Source: a virus (taxonomy: Duplodnaviria; Caudoviricetes). Taken from it: 32,633 nucleotides of DNA. Shown one piece after another: positions 14,924 to 24,388 of this stretch. Positions within the stretch are counted from its first letter, which is position 1; every line of letters starts with the position of its first letter. The position numbers were made by a program, and so were the translations under genes. The stretch lies in the IMG/VR virus record IMGVR_UViG_3300017914_002531, positions 1 through 32,633 of that record; one strand, given 5' to 3'. Below the pieces are notes generated by a model, which searched no databases, had not been told where the DNA came from, and saw only the letters and a list, made by a program, of their open reading frames with translations.

Positions 14924-15166
14924 CTAACGTTCGCGGTCCCAGAGATCCACCCAATCAAACGGGGGAGGCATGGTAGCGAAATGTTTGATCATGTCACGGC
15001 GCAGGGAGCGGTGGATCCGCCAAGCCATGAACTTCATCCTGTAGTTCAGGATGTACAGCTGAATCTTGAGGCTCACAGAAGTGAGCAGGGCTCGGGTCTG
15101 CCCGGGCCAGACGATGAGGCAGGCGCAGACAAGCGCCAGTGTCAAGTAAGTTCCGGTCAAATTCAC
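14924..15166 (-). CDS. Hypothetical membrane protein
   Basis: Likely GTG start at 15166 (GTGA overlap, GGAGG); N-terminal hydrophobic stretch. Confidence 0.65.
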   Translation of the reverse strand: MNLTGTYLTLALVCACLIVWPGQTRALLTSVSLKIQLYILNYRMKFMAWRIHRSLRRDMIKHFATMPPPFDWVDLWDRER

Positions 15167-15324
15167 CTCCAGGTAGGGTTGTGGTACGTGCGGATGATTT
15201 CGCACGACTGTGGGATCAGCTCCCTGACTGACACGGTTGCGTGAGCAATGGAACGTGCAACGGTATAGAACTCACGGCGAGTCCCGTCGTTGCAGCGATA
15301 GATGGTCGTGTAGTCAGAGAGCAT
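15163..15324 (-). CDS. Hypothetical protein
   Basis: Start MLSDY at 15324, with a GGCAAGCT motif 27 nt upstream. Confidence 0.65.
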   Translation of the reverse strand: MLSDYTTIYRCNDGTRREFYTVARSIAHATVSVRELIPQSCEIIRTYHNPTWR

Positions 15325-15344
15325 GGTGTAAAGATCCGCTAGGA

Positions 15345-16004
15345 TCAAGATAGCTTGCCTTTGTCGCGAAGCCAACCTTGCTTGATGGTTTGTAACATTT
15401 CCCAGGCTTCCTGCCTGGTGATGTGAGCACGGTTGCCGCCGACGTGGTCGTAGTACCCACGACCCTGACGGTACTCAACAGACGCCCACTCCCTGGCCAG
15501 TTCGTCCAGAGCCCAGCCGATGTAGTCGTGGTGGCCCTGCAGGTAGGCACCGATGGCGGGACGCTTGTAGAGGATCAGCGCTGCCATCAGCTCGTCCTGG
15601 ACCTCGTGAGTGAACTTGTCCTTCATGTCTATGTCAGACATGGCCACAGCAAAGCGCAGGGTGACAGGGATGAATTGATACCGGCCAACAGCGTAGAGCC
15701 AGGTCCGCTGCATCTCGATGACCTGCTGGACGGTGAACTGATCGAAGGTCTTGCCCGTCAGGCCGTCGATACCACCTGGGGTGTCCCCAGCGTAGCCACG
15801 ATTGACGCTGTTGTAGTTGCCCTCACCCTTGGCCAAAAGGTCTGCTAGGGGCTTTAGGCGAGTGTGTACGGGCTTGTAGAGAGGATTGAGGCATACAGCT
15901 CCCGGAGTGATAGCAGCTGCAGGCTTGACAGAAAAAACCCCTGACCCACCAAGCAGAGTTGCAAGGGCGAGACAGGGGAGAAGCGGTCGGATCACTGAAA
16001 TCAA
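15345..16004 (-). CDS. Lysozyme-fold muramidase / lytic transglycosylase (lambda R / GH104-like) with signal peptide
   Basis: LAKGEGNYN (catalytic Glu), AVGRYQFIPVTL, FT.EVQD, LAREWAS; hydrophobic N-terminus. Confidence 0.82.
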   Translation of the reverse strand: MISVIRPLLPCLALATLLGGSGVFSVKPAAAITPGAVCLNPLYKPVHTRLKPLADLLAKGEGNYNSVNRGYAGDTPGGIDGLTGKTFDQFTVQQVIEMQRTWLYAVGRYQFIPVTLRFAVAMSDIDMKDKFTHEVQDELMAALILYKRPAIGAYLQGHHDYIGWALDELAREWASVEYRQGRGYYDHVGGNRAHITRQEAWEMLQTIKQGWLRDKGKLS

Positions 16005-16195
16005 AGCTTACGGCATCTCTTGGCGAACTCAGTGAAACCACCGATAGGCTCGCCGTCGAGCACAATATATGGGACGGTCGGCCAGTCGGCGTGCTTCCCA
16101 TGTGTTTCAGTATACCCGATCTCAAGTGCGTCGCAAAGTTTCTTAGCTTTTACGCACCAGGGGCAGTTGGGCAGTGTGTAGATTTCAGCGTTCAT
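16001..16195 (-). CDS. Glutaredoxin
   Basis: YTLPNCPWCVKAK, TVP and IGGF motifs. Confidence 0.92.
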   Translation of the reverse strand: MNAEIYTLPNCPWCVKAKKLCDALEIGYTETHGKHADWPTVPYIVLDGEPIGGFTEFAKRCRKL

Positions 16196-16425
16196 TGTGT
16201 TCTTTGCTGGTAAGCATGGTAGTTGTCTAAGACTGCCTGGGCTTCCTCTTTGGTGGAGAATTGGCCCAGATACACCGAGCCGGTGCCCTCTTGAGCGATG
16301 ACCCGGAATAAAAGGTCTCCGGTGATAGGATCGCCGACAGTGATGACCCCTGTAGAGGGCTTTCTCATTACCTGAGGCCGGTCCAGGTAAGACTTTTCTG
16401 GCCTGTAGTCACGTTCGCTGCTCAT
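16192..16425 (-). CDS. Hypothetical protein
   Basis: 77 aa; YLGQFSTKEEA resembles the end of an AP2-like domain (weak). Confidence 0.7.
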   Translation of the reverse strand: MSSERDYRPEKSYLDRPQVMRKPSTGVITVGDPITGDLLFRVIAQEGTGSVYLGQFSTKEEAQAVLDNYHAYQQRTQ

Positions 16426-16427
16426 GA

Positions 16428-17699
16428 TCAGATCACCACCTTAACGAGCACCTGAGGTTCGACCATAGCCTCGTGAGCCTTGTCTGCGCTCCTGGCGTTG
16501 TAAGCTTCAAGTGCTTCGATGATATCGTAACCTTCGACCACGTCGACGTTCTGAAGGTCACACTTGAAACCATCCAGTCCTTGGGGTGTGACAACGTGGA
16601 TGTTCTGAGCTGCCTTGGAAACGAAACCGAGAGCTTCCTCGGAGTAAGCATTGCTACCAACGAGTGAACTGTTTCTAGAAACATAATCAGAAATGACGGT
16701 GCTATGGATGTGACCACACAGGATATGGGTGACATTGATGCCCTTCGCAGCATACTTTCCGATGATCGCCTGACACTTCTTTTGGTCAGTGGCATTAACC
16801 TGATGGCCATGCAGGCCAAGGAAGGTCTCGTTGTGAATTGAGAAAACCACCTCATTGGCTTCAAAGTCATGAAAACGCATTCCCTTGTCTTCTACGTGGT
16901 CGAAGATAGCCTGCAACATGGCGTAGATGGTAAAGTCGTAGCTGTCTGTTGCAACAACATCTACCCAGCCGAGGTTGTCCTTGGCTCGCGACTCGTTACC
17001 GGTTAAGCCAAAGCAGTCAACAAAGAAGTCTTCACGGAGATCCAAGAGGAACTGCTTGTAGAGGTGGACGGCCAAGACGGTGGCTCGCGCACGGTTGGTA
17101 CTCATGGCCAGCAGCTCGTCCAGACGTCGATCGCTGTTCATCAGGTCTCCACCAAAGAAGACTACGCACTTCTCCGCGCCATAGGCCTTACCTAGTCGCT
17201 TAGCCTTTGTCGCCAGAAGCCGCAAGCGCTTGGCAGCCACAGTGAAGTCGAACCTATTGGTAGGCAGGTTGACCAACTCATTAAAATGGTTGTCAGAGAG
17301 GTGGATAACAAGAGCAGCGCTATCAGGGGCAAGATCACCACCGCGGCGGGCATACCCTTGAAGGGACGCACCGACCTTCTTGAGTTCCTGGATAATCGCT
17401 TCATTGTATGCCAGGCAGGCGTTTTCGATTCGAGCATGCTCACGGAATGCTTTCCGCTCAATGCGCTGAATGTCCTGAAGTTTTTGGTTGCCCTTCGCAA
17501 GGCGCACCGTCTCGGTGAGCAGTTCAAGGTCGGGCTCAATCGCAGTCACCTCGGACTTGATGTAGCTACGCAGTTGATTAGGTTTTGCCAGGTAAGGATG
17601 AGATTGGTAGAGGGCATTGGCTGCTCCAAGGTAAGAGCCGTGCAACTCATACAACTCAAGCACTTCCTCCCGGAGATGACTGATGGGGGTTAGGGACAT
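16428..17699 (-). CDS. Calcineurin-like metallophosphoesterase with N-terminal coiled region
   Basis: LSDNH, GGDL, GNE, LHGH and CGHIH motifs. Confidence 0.85.
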   Translation of the reverse strand: MSLTPISHLREEVLELYELHGSYLGAANALYQSHPYLAKPNQLRSYIKSEVTAIEPDLELLTETVRLAKGNQKLQDIQRIERKAFREHARIENACLAYNEAIIQELKKVGASLQGYARRGGDLAPDSAALVIHLSDNHFNELVNLPTNRFDFTVAAKRLRLLATKAKRLGKAYGAEKCVVFFGGDLMNSDRRLDELLAMSTNRARATVLAVHLYKQFLLDLREDFFVDCFGLTGNESRAKDNLGWVDVVATDSYDFTIYAMLQAIFDHVEDKGMRFHDFEANEVVFSIHNETFLGLHGHQVNATDQKKCQAIIGKYAAKGINVTHILCGHIHSTVISDYVSRNSSLVGSNAYSEEALGFVSKAAQNIHVVTPQGLDGFKCDLQNVDVVEGYDIIEALEAYNARSADKAHEAMVEPQVLVKVVI

Positions 17700-19276
17700 T
17701 AGAAAGCCTCGGAAGACACGTTGTCTGTTAACAGTATATCAGTAAGGTGTTGAATGACGCCGGGTCTAGCGTCGATGATCACATTAGGCCGCACCAGTGT
17801 GCGTAGCTGGTTCATGTAGTGAGGCTCAGCAATTGCGACAATGGCCATCACGCTATGAGGTGTCAGATCCGTTGTGCAATTAGCCTCCAGCTCCCGCAAT
17901 CTTTCGCAAAGCCACTTGACGGCTGGGCTGGTTACGTTGTCAAACATGGGACGCAAGCTCTCGCGCTTCTCCGGGCAATGCACGTAGATACGGACCAGTC
18001 GACGCTCTGCTGCGACGATGGCAGCGTGTGGAGTCCTTGGTTCCCATGCGTGCTGGGCAACCGCCTCGTAACCGCTCGTCTCCCACGTCTTGACGAGCTT
18101 CTCAGCCTCTTTGTCGGTGGTCGACAATGCACGCGCTGCCCGGTCAACGTAGTGGGCCCTGAGGGCCTTAGAGCGAAGACCTGAGATCAAGTCTTTTAGC
18201 TTGTGCTCAACGTTGGTTACCATGGCGGTGTCGTCCATGTCCAGGTGATTGACCCATTCATCAATAACCCAGTCCAGCCAGGGTGGTGCCCCTGCGATGT
18301 ACTGGTAGAGGTCGTCGCCTTCTCGAAGGATCTGGTCAGGGTCCTTCCCCTCGGGAAGGGATGCAACATTAATGTTGATCTCTCCCTTGAGCGCCATGGG
18401 TCCTGCAACTGACAGAAACTGCTCAACTGCTTTCCGGCCACCAGCATCTCCGTCGTAGCATAATATAATATTTTTTATGTTACGACTCAGTCTCTGCAAT
18501 ACCAATAGATCTGGGGCTGAAGTGCCCTGCATTGCAACTACATTCCGCAAGCCGTGTTGCCACATAGTCACAACATCCAAGTGGCCTTCGACGAAGATCA
18601 GAGACCCGGCTTCCTTGGCTGCATCGATAGCTCGATACTCGTTAAAGATTAGCTGCTTTTTGTGGAACAGGTCATTGTCGGCTGTGTTCTTATATTTGCC
18701 GGGTTGGTCTCCTGTGGCCCGCCCGGTCCAGCCAACCAGTTCGTTGCGGTGATTGAAGATGGGAACGGTGATGCGGCCAGCAAAAAAGCCAGTAGGGGCG
18801 AATCCAATCTGGAACTCGACAGCAGACTCTCTGCTGAAGCCACGCTCCTTGAGGATACCTCGGATTCTTTCGGCCCTGGGACTGTGCAGGTTCTTTACGT
18901 ATTCGTCATTCTCCTTGCGAAGCCGCTCCAGCTCCCGACGCCTCTCCTCCTTGCGTCTTGCAACTTCTTCTGGGTTCTCGTCGGTGGTCTGAACCACGAT
19001 GTTGAGGATCCCTGCGGCCATCTCCACAGCCTCGCGCCAGTCAACTCCTCGTCTCTTCTGGATGTAGTCAATCGCATCGCCGCCTTCTCTGCAGACATGG
19101 CAGAAGCAAAAGCCTTTCCTGTCACTGATGGTCAACGAGGGGTTGGTGTCCTCGTGCCAGGGGCACTGGGTGGCAAACTCGTAACCCACCTTTTTGAGCG
19201 TCCCGCCCATGTTCTCGACAACCTTCGAAAGGGGTGCCGCTTTGATCTTTTCTAAAGTCTCTGGCTTGATGCCCAT
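17699..19276 (-). CDS. dnaG: DNA primase (DnaG type)
   Basis: CHC2 zinc finger CPWHEDTNPS...CHVC; GRITVPI, KYKNT; Toprim VEGHLDV, CYDGDAGG, GKDPD. Confidence 0.95.
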   Translation of the reverse strand: MGIKPETLEKIKAAPLSKVVENMGGTLKKVGYEFATQCPWHEDTNPSLTISDRKGFCFCHVCREGGDAIDYIQKRRGVDWREAVEMAAGILNIVVQTTDENPEEVARRKEERRRELERLRKENDEYVKNLHSPRAERIRGILKERGFSRESAVEFQIGFAPTGFFAGRITVPIFNHRNELVGWTGRATGDQPGKYKNTADNDLFHKKQLIFNEYRAIDAAKEAGSLIFVEGHLDVVTMWQHGLRNVVAMQGTSAPDLLVLQRLSRNIKNIILCYDGDAGGRKAVEQFLSVAGPMALKGEININVASLPEGKDPDQILREGDDLYQYIAGAPPWLDWVIDEWVNHLDMDDTAMVTNVEHKLKDLISGLRSKALRAHYVDRAARALSTTDKEAEKLVKTWETSGYEAVAQHAWEPRTPHAAIVAAERRLVRIYVHCPEKRESLRPMFDNVTSPAVKWLCERLRELEANCTTDLTPHSVMAIVAIAEPHYMNQLRTLVRPNVIIDARPGVIQHLTDILLTDNVSSEAF

Positions 19277-19317
19277 AAGCTAAATGGTCAAGGTAGATAC
19301 AGCCTACCACACGAGCC

Positions 19318-20052
19318 CTAGAAAAGCGACCCCTGGTACCGACCATGGCCAAGAGGCTCATTGCCTAAGTCCTCCTCGGTTAGGTTCTCTGACCAGTTTG
19401 CGGGATCGCAGCCACACAGGCTGGTGAACTGAACTGCTGCATCCACGGGAATCTTGCGGGTGAGGCCAGATAGGTAGATCTCCAATTGGTCTATCATCTC
19501 TGAATCTGTTTCCCCGAGATGCTGGAGGGCCTGATCGACCACGTCCAGGTAGAAGTCCCCGAAGTCCATCTCAGAGGGCTCCAGGGGCTCCGTAGGCTGG
19601 GCCTGATCCTTTAGCTCTAGTGGAGGGCCACTGCAAACCTTTCGCACTTCCAGCCATTCTGTAACCTCGATTCCAAGCTCTTTGGCTACTTCGAGGTCAG
19701 TGGAGCCTTTGTATAGTAATTTGCGGCCTTTGATCCAGTTTTCGCGCATCTTGTGGCTCAAGCGCACACTGTAAGTCCGGTCGCGAATCCAATGCAGCAA
19801 CTCTCCTCGAATGGTAGGAGTGGCCAGCGAGCTGAACTTCATGCTCTTGCCTGTTACAGGGTGAGGACGCTCAGGGTCATACCTGTTGGCAGCCTTGCAA
19901 AGGCCCTCGAAGGCCACGGACTCAAGGGTCGAATACTCTATGCCTGTCGTGCGCTGCAGGCGCCATGCTTCTTTTCTGGCAAGGTTAAGGTTATCCGCGG
20001 CAAGCTTTTGCTGTTGTGCGTTAAGTTTAAATTTGGCCGGTTTCCTTGCCAC
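19318..20052 (-). CDS. RNA polymerase sigma factor, group 3 SigF/SigB-like
   Basis: DNLNLARKEA, LESVAFEGLCKAANRYDP, KFSSLATPTIRGELLHWIRD, TDLEVAKELG; GTG 20052 favoured (motif 23 nt upstream), TTG 20085 possible. Confidence 0.88.
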   Translation of the reverse strand: MARKPAKFKLNAQQQKLAADNLNLARKEAWRLQRTTGIEYSTLESVAFEGLCKAANRYDPERPHPVTGKSMKFSSLATPTIRGELLHWIRDRTYSVRLSHKMRENWIKGRKLLYKGSTDLEVAKELGIEVTEWLEVRKVCSGPPLELKDQAQPTEPLEPSEMDFGDFYLDVVDQALQHLGETDSEMIDQLEIYLSGLTRKIPVDAAVQFTSLCGCDPANWSENLTEEDLGNEPLGHGRYQGSLF

Positions 20053-20078
20053 AAGAGACGTTGCGAGCTGCAACCAGT

Positions 20079-21596
20079 CTACCAAGGATTATGTCTTTGG
20101 ACTCCTGGCAGTAACCGATCACCTCGTCCCCAAGTAACCTCGGTCATTTGAGGTGCGGTACGCATCGACATGTAGTTAATGCCTTGAACCAGTGCGTCGA
20201 CTTGGTCATCGTTTTTAGATGCAGGGAACAGGCTAAATTCTGAGATGAAGCTATCAAGCCATGGAGCGGAAGCAGGCAAGTAGATGTTGCCAGCCTCGAC
20301 CATGGGTACAATGCCGCTGGCACGAGCTACTTTGGACTTTTCTGGCTTCACTCCAATCAAGCCTGGAACCTTCTTTTGAAGCATTTGATAAACAGCGTAA
20401 CCGGATGCAGCAAGTTCGATTACCGTACCTTGCAAATGATGCCTCTTATACAATCGAGCAATCATTGCCATTGTACCCACTACATCTAGCTTTTGCCTGA
20501 CTAAATCGAGCACATAGAACTGAGAGCCAGCCTGAGCGATAACGACACCGACGACATAGTCACTCTTAGCCGCATCTGTGAATGTACAGTCAACCGAAAG
20601 CATGACACGCTGAAAGTCCGGTACAGGATCGTTTATTCCGTAGAACTGCCACCATTCGGGTGCGAACATATTTCCGCCTTCGGGGGCAGGTCTCTGTTGA
20701 TACAGGGAGGCGAAGTCTCTGCTGCCAATCGCCTCTCTGATCCGCTCTAGGTCCTCTTCTGCGTACCGCTGAGGGCAGAGTGCCTCGCCCACTTCTTCGC
20801 GCCAGTCAGGGACGATCTCGCAGTGCTCAGGAAGCTTAGGGCGGTCGCCCTCCTCCTCGTACAGAGCCGGCAGGTCAACGATCGTCCAGTTCTCTCGTCC
20901 CTTCTCGCTGACGTTAAACTCATTATCAATGAGCTGGCCGATCATATCATTCTCTGACCATCTGGTCTGAATTACTACAATGGCTCCCACCTGAGGCTCA
21001 AGACGAGTATACAGGGTTGACGTATACCAGTCGTTGAGCTTGCCCATCATTCGCGCACTTTCTGCGTCTTCTCTGTTTTTGACGGGGTCATCGATGATGA
21101 GAAGATGGCCAGAGCGGCCAGTGATGGCACCGCCCACACCGGCAGCCCACAGTCCGCCGCCTCTCTCTGTTGCCCAAGCGTTAACGGCCTTCGACGATTC
21201 ATTCAGTAGTCCACCTGATTCCGTATAGTACTCCCTGGCCTTGCGGCTGAAACCTTCCGCCAGTTCGGCTGAATAGGAGGAGATGCCGACGTACCGCTCA
21301 GGGTGAGCAAGAAGATAAGCGGCAGGCAACAGCTGAGATGCAAGCAGAGACTTCCCGTGCCTCGGAGGCACCTGGAGAATGAGTCTGTTACATGTTCCGT
21401 CGATGACCTTCTGCAGCTGCTTAATGACCTCCGCATGAAACTTGTAAAACCTATACTGTGGAAACACCTTCTTGATAAATTTCCATAGCACAACCCGTTC
21501 GGCCCTCTTGGCTTGTTTCTTGCGCCTTACCTCCTTGACCAGATCCTGGCCTGAGGCTGCGTAATCTAAAAAATCTTTTCCTGCTTTGGTAGCCAT
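20079..21596 (-). CDS. terL: Terminase large subunit
   Basis: Walker A VPPRHGKS, Walker B LIIDDP, QTRW, LYQQRP, nuclease SVD..SDY and DDQVDA. Confidence 0.95.
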   Translation of the reverse strand: MATKAGKDFLDYAASGQDLVKEVRRKKQAKRAERVVLWKFIKKVFPQYRFYKFHAEVIKQLQKVIDGTCNRLILQVPPRHGKSLLASQLLPAAYLLAHPERYVGISSYSAELAEGFSRKAREYYTESGGLLNESSKAVNAWATERGGGLWAAGVGGAITGRSGHLLIIDDPVKNREDAESARMMGKLNDWYTSTLYTRLEPQVGAIVVIQTRWSENDMIGQLIDNEFNVSEKGRENWTIVDLPALYEEEGDRPKLPEHCEIVPDWREEVGEALCPQRYAEEDLERIREAIGSRDFASLYQQRPAPEGGNMFAPEWWQFYGINDPVPDFQRVMLSVDCTFTDAAKSDYVVGVVIAQAGSQFYVLDLVRQKLDVVGTMAMIARLYKRHHLQGTVIELAASGYAVYQMLQKKVPGLIGVKPEKSKVARASGIVPMVEAGNIYLPASAPWLDSFISEFSLFPASKNDDQVDALVQGINYMSMRTAPQMTEVTWGRGDRLLPGVQRHNPW

Positions 21597-22231
21597 TATT
21601 CGTCAAGGGGGATGTCGTAAGCTTCGTCTTCGTCCTCATTGAGGATTTCGACTTGGACCTCTTCCAGTTCTTGATCCACCACTTCCATCAGCTGGCCAAC
21701 GCCAAGAGCTGTAGCCCAGGACTGCCGGCCAGAGTCAGAGATGTTAGCGGCTGCACGCATCAAGCCGGAAACCAGTCCCATGGGGATGTCCTCCCCTTCT
21801 GCTGCAGCCTTGGCTATACGCTGCTGAATGATGTTCATTAGGTCTGAACTGACCTCCATCATCTGGCGAGCCTGTGTCTCATTGGCCTCGCGAAACTCCT
21901 GGATGGCCTTTCGTTGCTGTATGCGCTCAGCCTTCGAAGCCTCTTTAAAGGTTATCGCCATCTGTTTTTTGTCGTAAGCCGCGCAACGGCGATCCCAATT
22001 ATACTTCTTGGCCCATTGCGAAATGGTTTGCGGATCCCGGTCGCAGAACTCCGCAGTGCTTTCAAGCGTGCGGCTTCCACCATTGTTCAGGTAGAACTGA
22101 AAAGCACGAAACTGCTCTTCGTTCTCATGCCGACCGGCAACGTTAACCTTATAGCCTCTTGTGAATGACCAGATAGGGCCAGCTGCGACTTCCGCCTTTA
22201 CCTCCTTCCAGCTACTTGGATCCGACGTCAC
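21596..22231 (-). CDS. Probable terminase small subunit (HTH)
   Basis: Directly upstream of terL (TAATG); FRAFQFYL..G.SRTL...TISQWAKKYNWDRRCAAYD HTH followed by a coiled coil. Confidence 0.72.
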   Translation of the reverse strand: MTSDPSSWKEVKAEVAAGPIWSFTRGYKVNVAGRHENEEQFRAFQFYLNNGGSRTLESTAEFCDRDPQTISQWAKKYNWDRRCAAYDKKQMAITFKEASKAERIQQRKAIQEFREANETQARQMMEVSSDLMNIIQQRIAKAAAEGEDIPMGLVSGLMRAAANISDSGRQSWATALGVGQLMEVVDQELEEVQVEILNEDEDEAYDIPLDE

Positions 22232-22272
22232 AACTAGAATCTCTCTAGAACTGGGCTAGTATACCTAGACAT

Positions 22273-22301
22273 AAAAAAGAGGCAGCCCCCAGACTACCTC
22301 T
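22273..22301 (-). terminator. Rho-independent terminator after thyX
   Basis: Minus strand AGAGGTAG-TCTGGGGG-CTGCCTCT-TTTTT. Confidence 0.75.
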
Positions 22302-22336
22302 TAATTAGTGGAGAACCCCCTCACCCCTACATTATA

Positions 22337-22999
22337 TCATCCTACGTATTCGATCCACTCCAGGGCTTCCGCGACGGTTGGCAGTTGCTCGACAAAAATC
22401 CGCTTGATGTCTTGAGCGATCAGGCGATGTTCTAGCTGGGTTTCAATGCCAGCACGGACATCTACGTAGTGAATGAACGACCTAATTGTCCCCGACATAT
22501 ACAGCCTGGTGGGCGTTCCCAGAGGCAGAATGGACCGAGCACATTCCTTGGCAACACCACGCTCGAGCAGGTACTCGTAGTAGTCGAAGGTGCTGTGGTA
22601 CAGCTGCTGGATCTGCTTGTTCATCAGTTCGACCATCTCAGGGTCGAGGTCGTCGTGGCTGGCCTGTTTGTTCTTGAGGTCTTGTGACCGCAGGTGGGGC
22701 AGGCCGATGGCAGGCAGGTCACCAGCAGAACTGTAACGCTGGGAGAACTCCTGGAAGCTAAAGCTACGGTGGCGCAGGATTTGTGCGGCGATGGCACGAG
22801 TGGTGTTGATCTCCACCTGCATGCTGGCGGTTTCAAAAATACTCCAGTGTTTGTGTTTGATGCAGTAGCGCAGAAGCCTGGGAGCGGTCTCGTGGTTGCC
22901 CTGATTGCTGGGATTGGACACCCTGGCGCAGTAGGCCATGTGCTTTTCCGCATCGGGAGTGATGTTTACAAAGCGGGCGTCGTGGACTTCGCGGTTCAT
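22337..22999 (-). CDS. thyX: FAD-dependent thymidylate synthase
   Basis: CARVS, KHWSIFE, AQILRHRSFSFQEFSQRY, GVAKECARSILP, TQLEHR. Confidence 0.96.
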   Translation of the reverse strand: MNREVHDARFVNITPDAEKHMAYCARVSNPSNQGNHETAPRLLRYCIKHKHWSIFETASMQVEINTTRAIAAQILRHRSFSFQEFSQRYSSAGDLPAIGLPHLRSQDLKNKQASHDDLDPEMVELMNKQIQQLYHSTFDYYEYLLERGVAKECARSILPLGTPTRLYMSGTIRSFIHYVDVRAGIETQLEHRLIAQDIKRIFVEQLPTVAEALEWIEYVG

Positions 23000-23175
23000 G
23001 GGTTCCTCCGTGTGTTGCGTGGGGTTTCTTTGATCCTATCAGAGGCCTCGAGCACGGCCTCCAGGGCGCCTTCCAGGGTGCGGTCACACCCCATTAGGTC
23101 CCGTTTGTCAAGCTCGACGACCCAGTTCCACCAGTAGCCGTCGTGGTCAATCTTGATTTTGGGTTCAGAAGACAT
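22996..23175 (-). CDS. Hypothetical protein
   Basis: Start MSSEPK at 23175; ATGA overlap with thyX. Confidence 0.65.
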   Translation of the reverse strand: MSSEPKIKIDHDGYWWNWVVELDKRDLMGCDRTLEGALEAVLEASDRIKETPRNTRRNP

Positions 23176-24013
23176 CAGAAAGGCCCTCCTCAACTGCAGG
23201 TTCTTCCACTCTAGCAGACGTGTACCAGCCTGGGTACTCCAGCTGACGAATTACAGGCTCCTTTGTGGGCCACTCTCCAGACTTGTCGCACTTGGCATAC
23301 AGATCCAAGGCCTTCTCCACCTTGTAGAAGCCTTCATGCATCATGTCTGGCGACACCTCGAACAGATCCACGGTATAAGGCGCCTTGCGCTCTACAGCAA
23401 CAAAAATGAATCGGAATGGCTTATCGTAGGCCGCCATCGCTGCGCGGGTGTAGTACGCAGCCTGAAAGTCGTAGCCCAGATTGACAACCTTCTTCATAAA
23501 GGTCTCCGGGTCGACGCTATCAGTAGTCTTCAGGTCAAGGACAATGCCTTCTTCAATCACCAGCCGGTCCAGGCGTGCCTTGCAATTGACGCCGCGGTCC
23601 TCCCAATACACAGAAACCTCGTTGTGCTTGATGTAGTCGGCCTGCGAGGGGTCGAACCAGGCAAGCTTTGCCAATTCAGCTGCCATGCCCTGAACGCTGC
23701 CCCAGGGGTCATCCTTGCCGCCTGAGCTGAGCACCTTCTTTCTACCAACCCCGTCCTTCCACTCTTTGCCCTCTTTGGTATTCAGCTTGATACCGTCAGG
23801 CTTTTTGATGTACTGGCGGTCAAACGCTTCAGTGCCATCCAGGGAAAGGCAGTGCAAAGCTGTACCCATTTCCATGGCAGGGGTGGGGATCAGCTTGCTC
23901 TTCAATGCCGCCTGGTAGTGGGCCGGACTATCCAGGATCTTTTTCAGGCTCGACTGGTTGACGCCCTCTCCTCTTCTATAGTCAAACTCGCTTTGGTTGT
24001 AAGCTACTTCCAC
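23165..24013 (-). CDS. RecE/exonuclease VIII-like PD-(D/E)XK nuclease (DUF3799 type)
   Basis: SSLKKILDSPAHY, GTALHC, NEVSVYW, CKARLD, VLDLKTT, YDFQAAYY, FIFVAVERKAPY. Confidence 0.9.
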   Translation of the reverse strand: MEVAYNQSEFDYRRGEGVNQSSLKKILDSPAHYQAALKSKLIPTPAMEMGTALHCLSLDGTEAFDRQYIKKPDGIKLNTKEGKEWKDGVGRKKVLSSGGKDDPWGSVQGMAAELAKLAWFDPSQADYIKHNEVSVYWEDRGVNCKARLDRLVIEEGIVLDLKTTDSVDPETFMKKVVNLGYDFQAAYYTRAAMAAYDKPFRFIFVAVERKAPYTVDLFEVSPDMMHEGFYKVEKALDLYAKCDKSGEWPTKEPVIRQLEYPGWYTSARVEEPAVEEGLSDVF

Positions 24014-24019
24014 TTTTCC

Positions 24020-24388
24020 TCAAAGTAAGGTCTCCTGACATTCTAACATGTAGATCCTGATCGTCCAGCAGGAGTCGATTTTCTTGGCCTTCTGCCACTT
24101 GACCTCCAGCTCGGGGATGACGCTTACTCTGTCGTCAACCCACAATACTTTGTTTGCTACATCGAAAAATGCGCCGACCATGTTGTCGATATCAGCACGC
24201 CCTTCACCACGTAGCTCGATTTCTACACGAAGAGGCCCCTCAAGCGGAGGCCTGTCGTACTGCTCCTTGATCTTGGCCAGCAGCTCCTTTTGATTCTTGC
24301 GGTAAGTAACAGGCATGAAGGTGCCCCTACTGGTCACCCTCGGCCTTGCTTTCGAGAAGAGTTGGTGGTGAATTTTGAGTGTAATCAC
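24020..24388 (-). CDS. rusA: RusA-family Holliday junction resolvase
   Basis: KARPRVT, PLEGPLRVEI, ADIDN...FDV....WVDD. Confidence 0.82.
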   Translation of the reverse strand: MITLKIHHQLFSKARPRVTSRGTFMPVTYRKNQKELLAKIKEQYDRPPLEGPLRVEIELRGEGRADIDNMVGAFFDVANKVLWVDDRVSVIPELEVKWQKAKKIDSCWTIRIYMLECQETLL

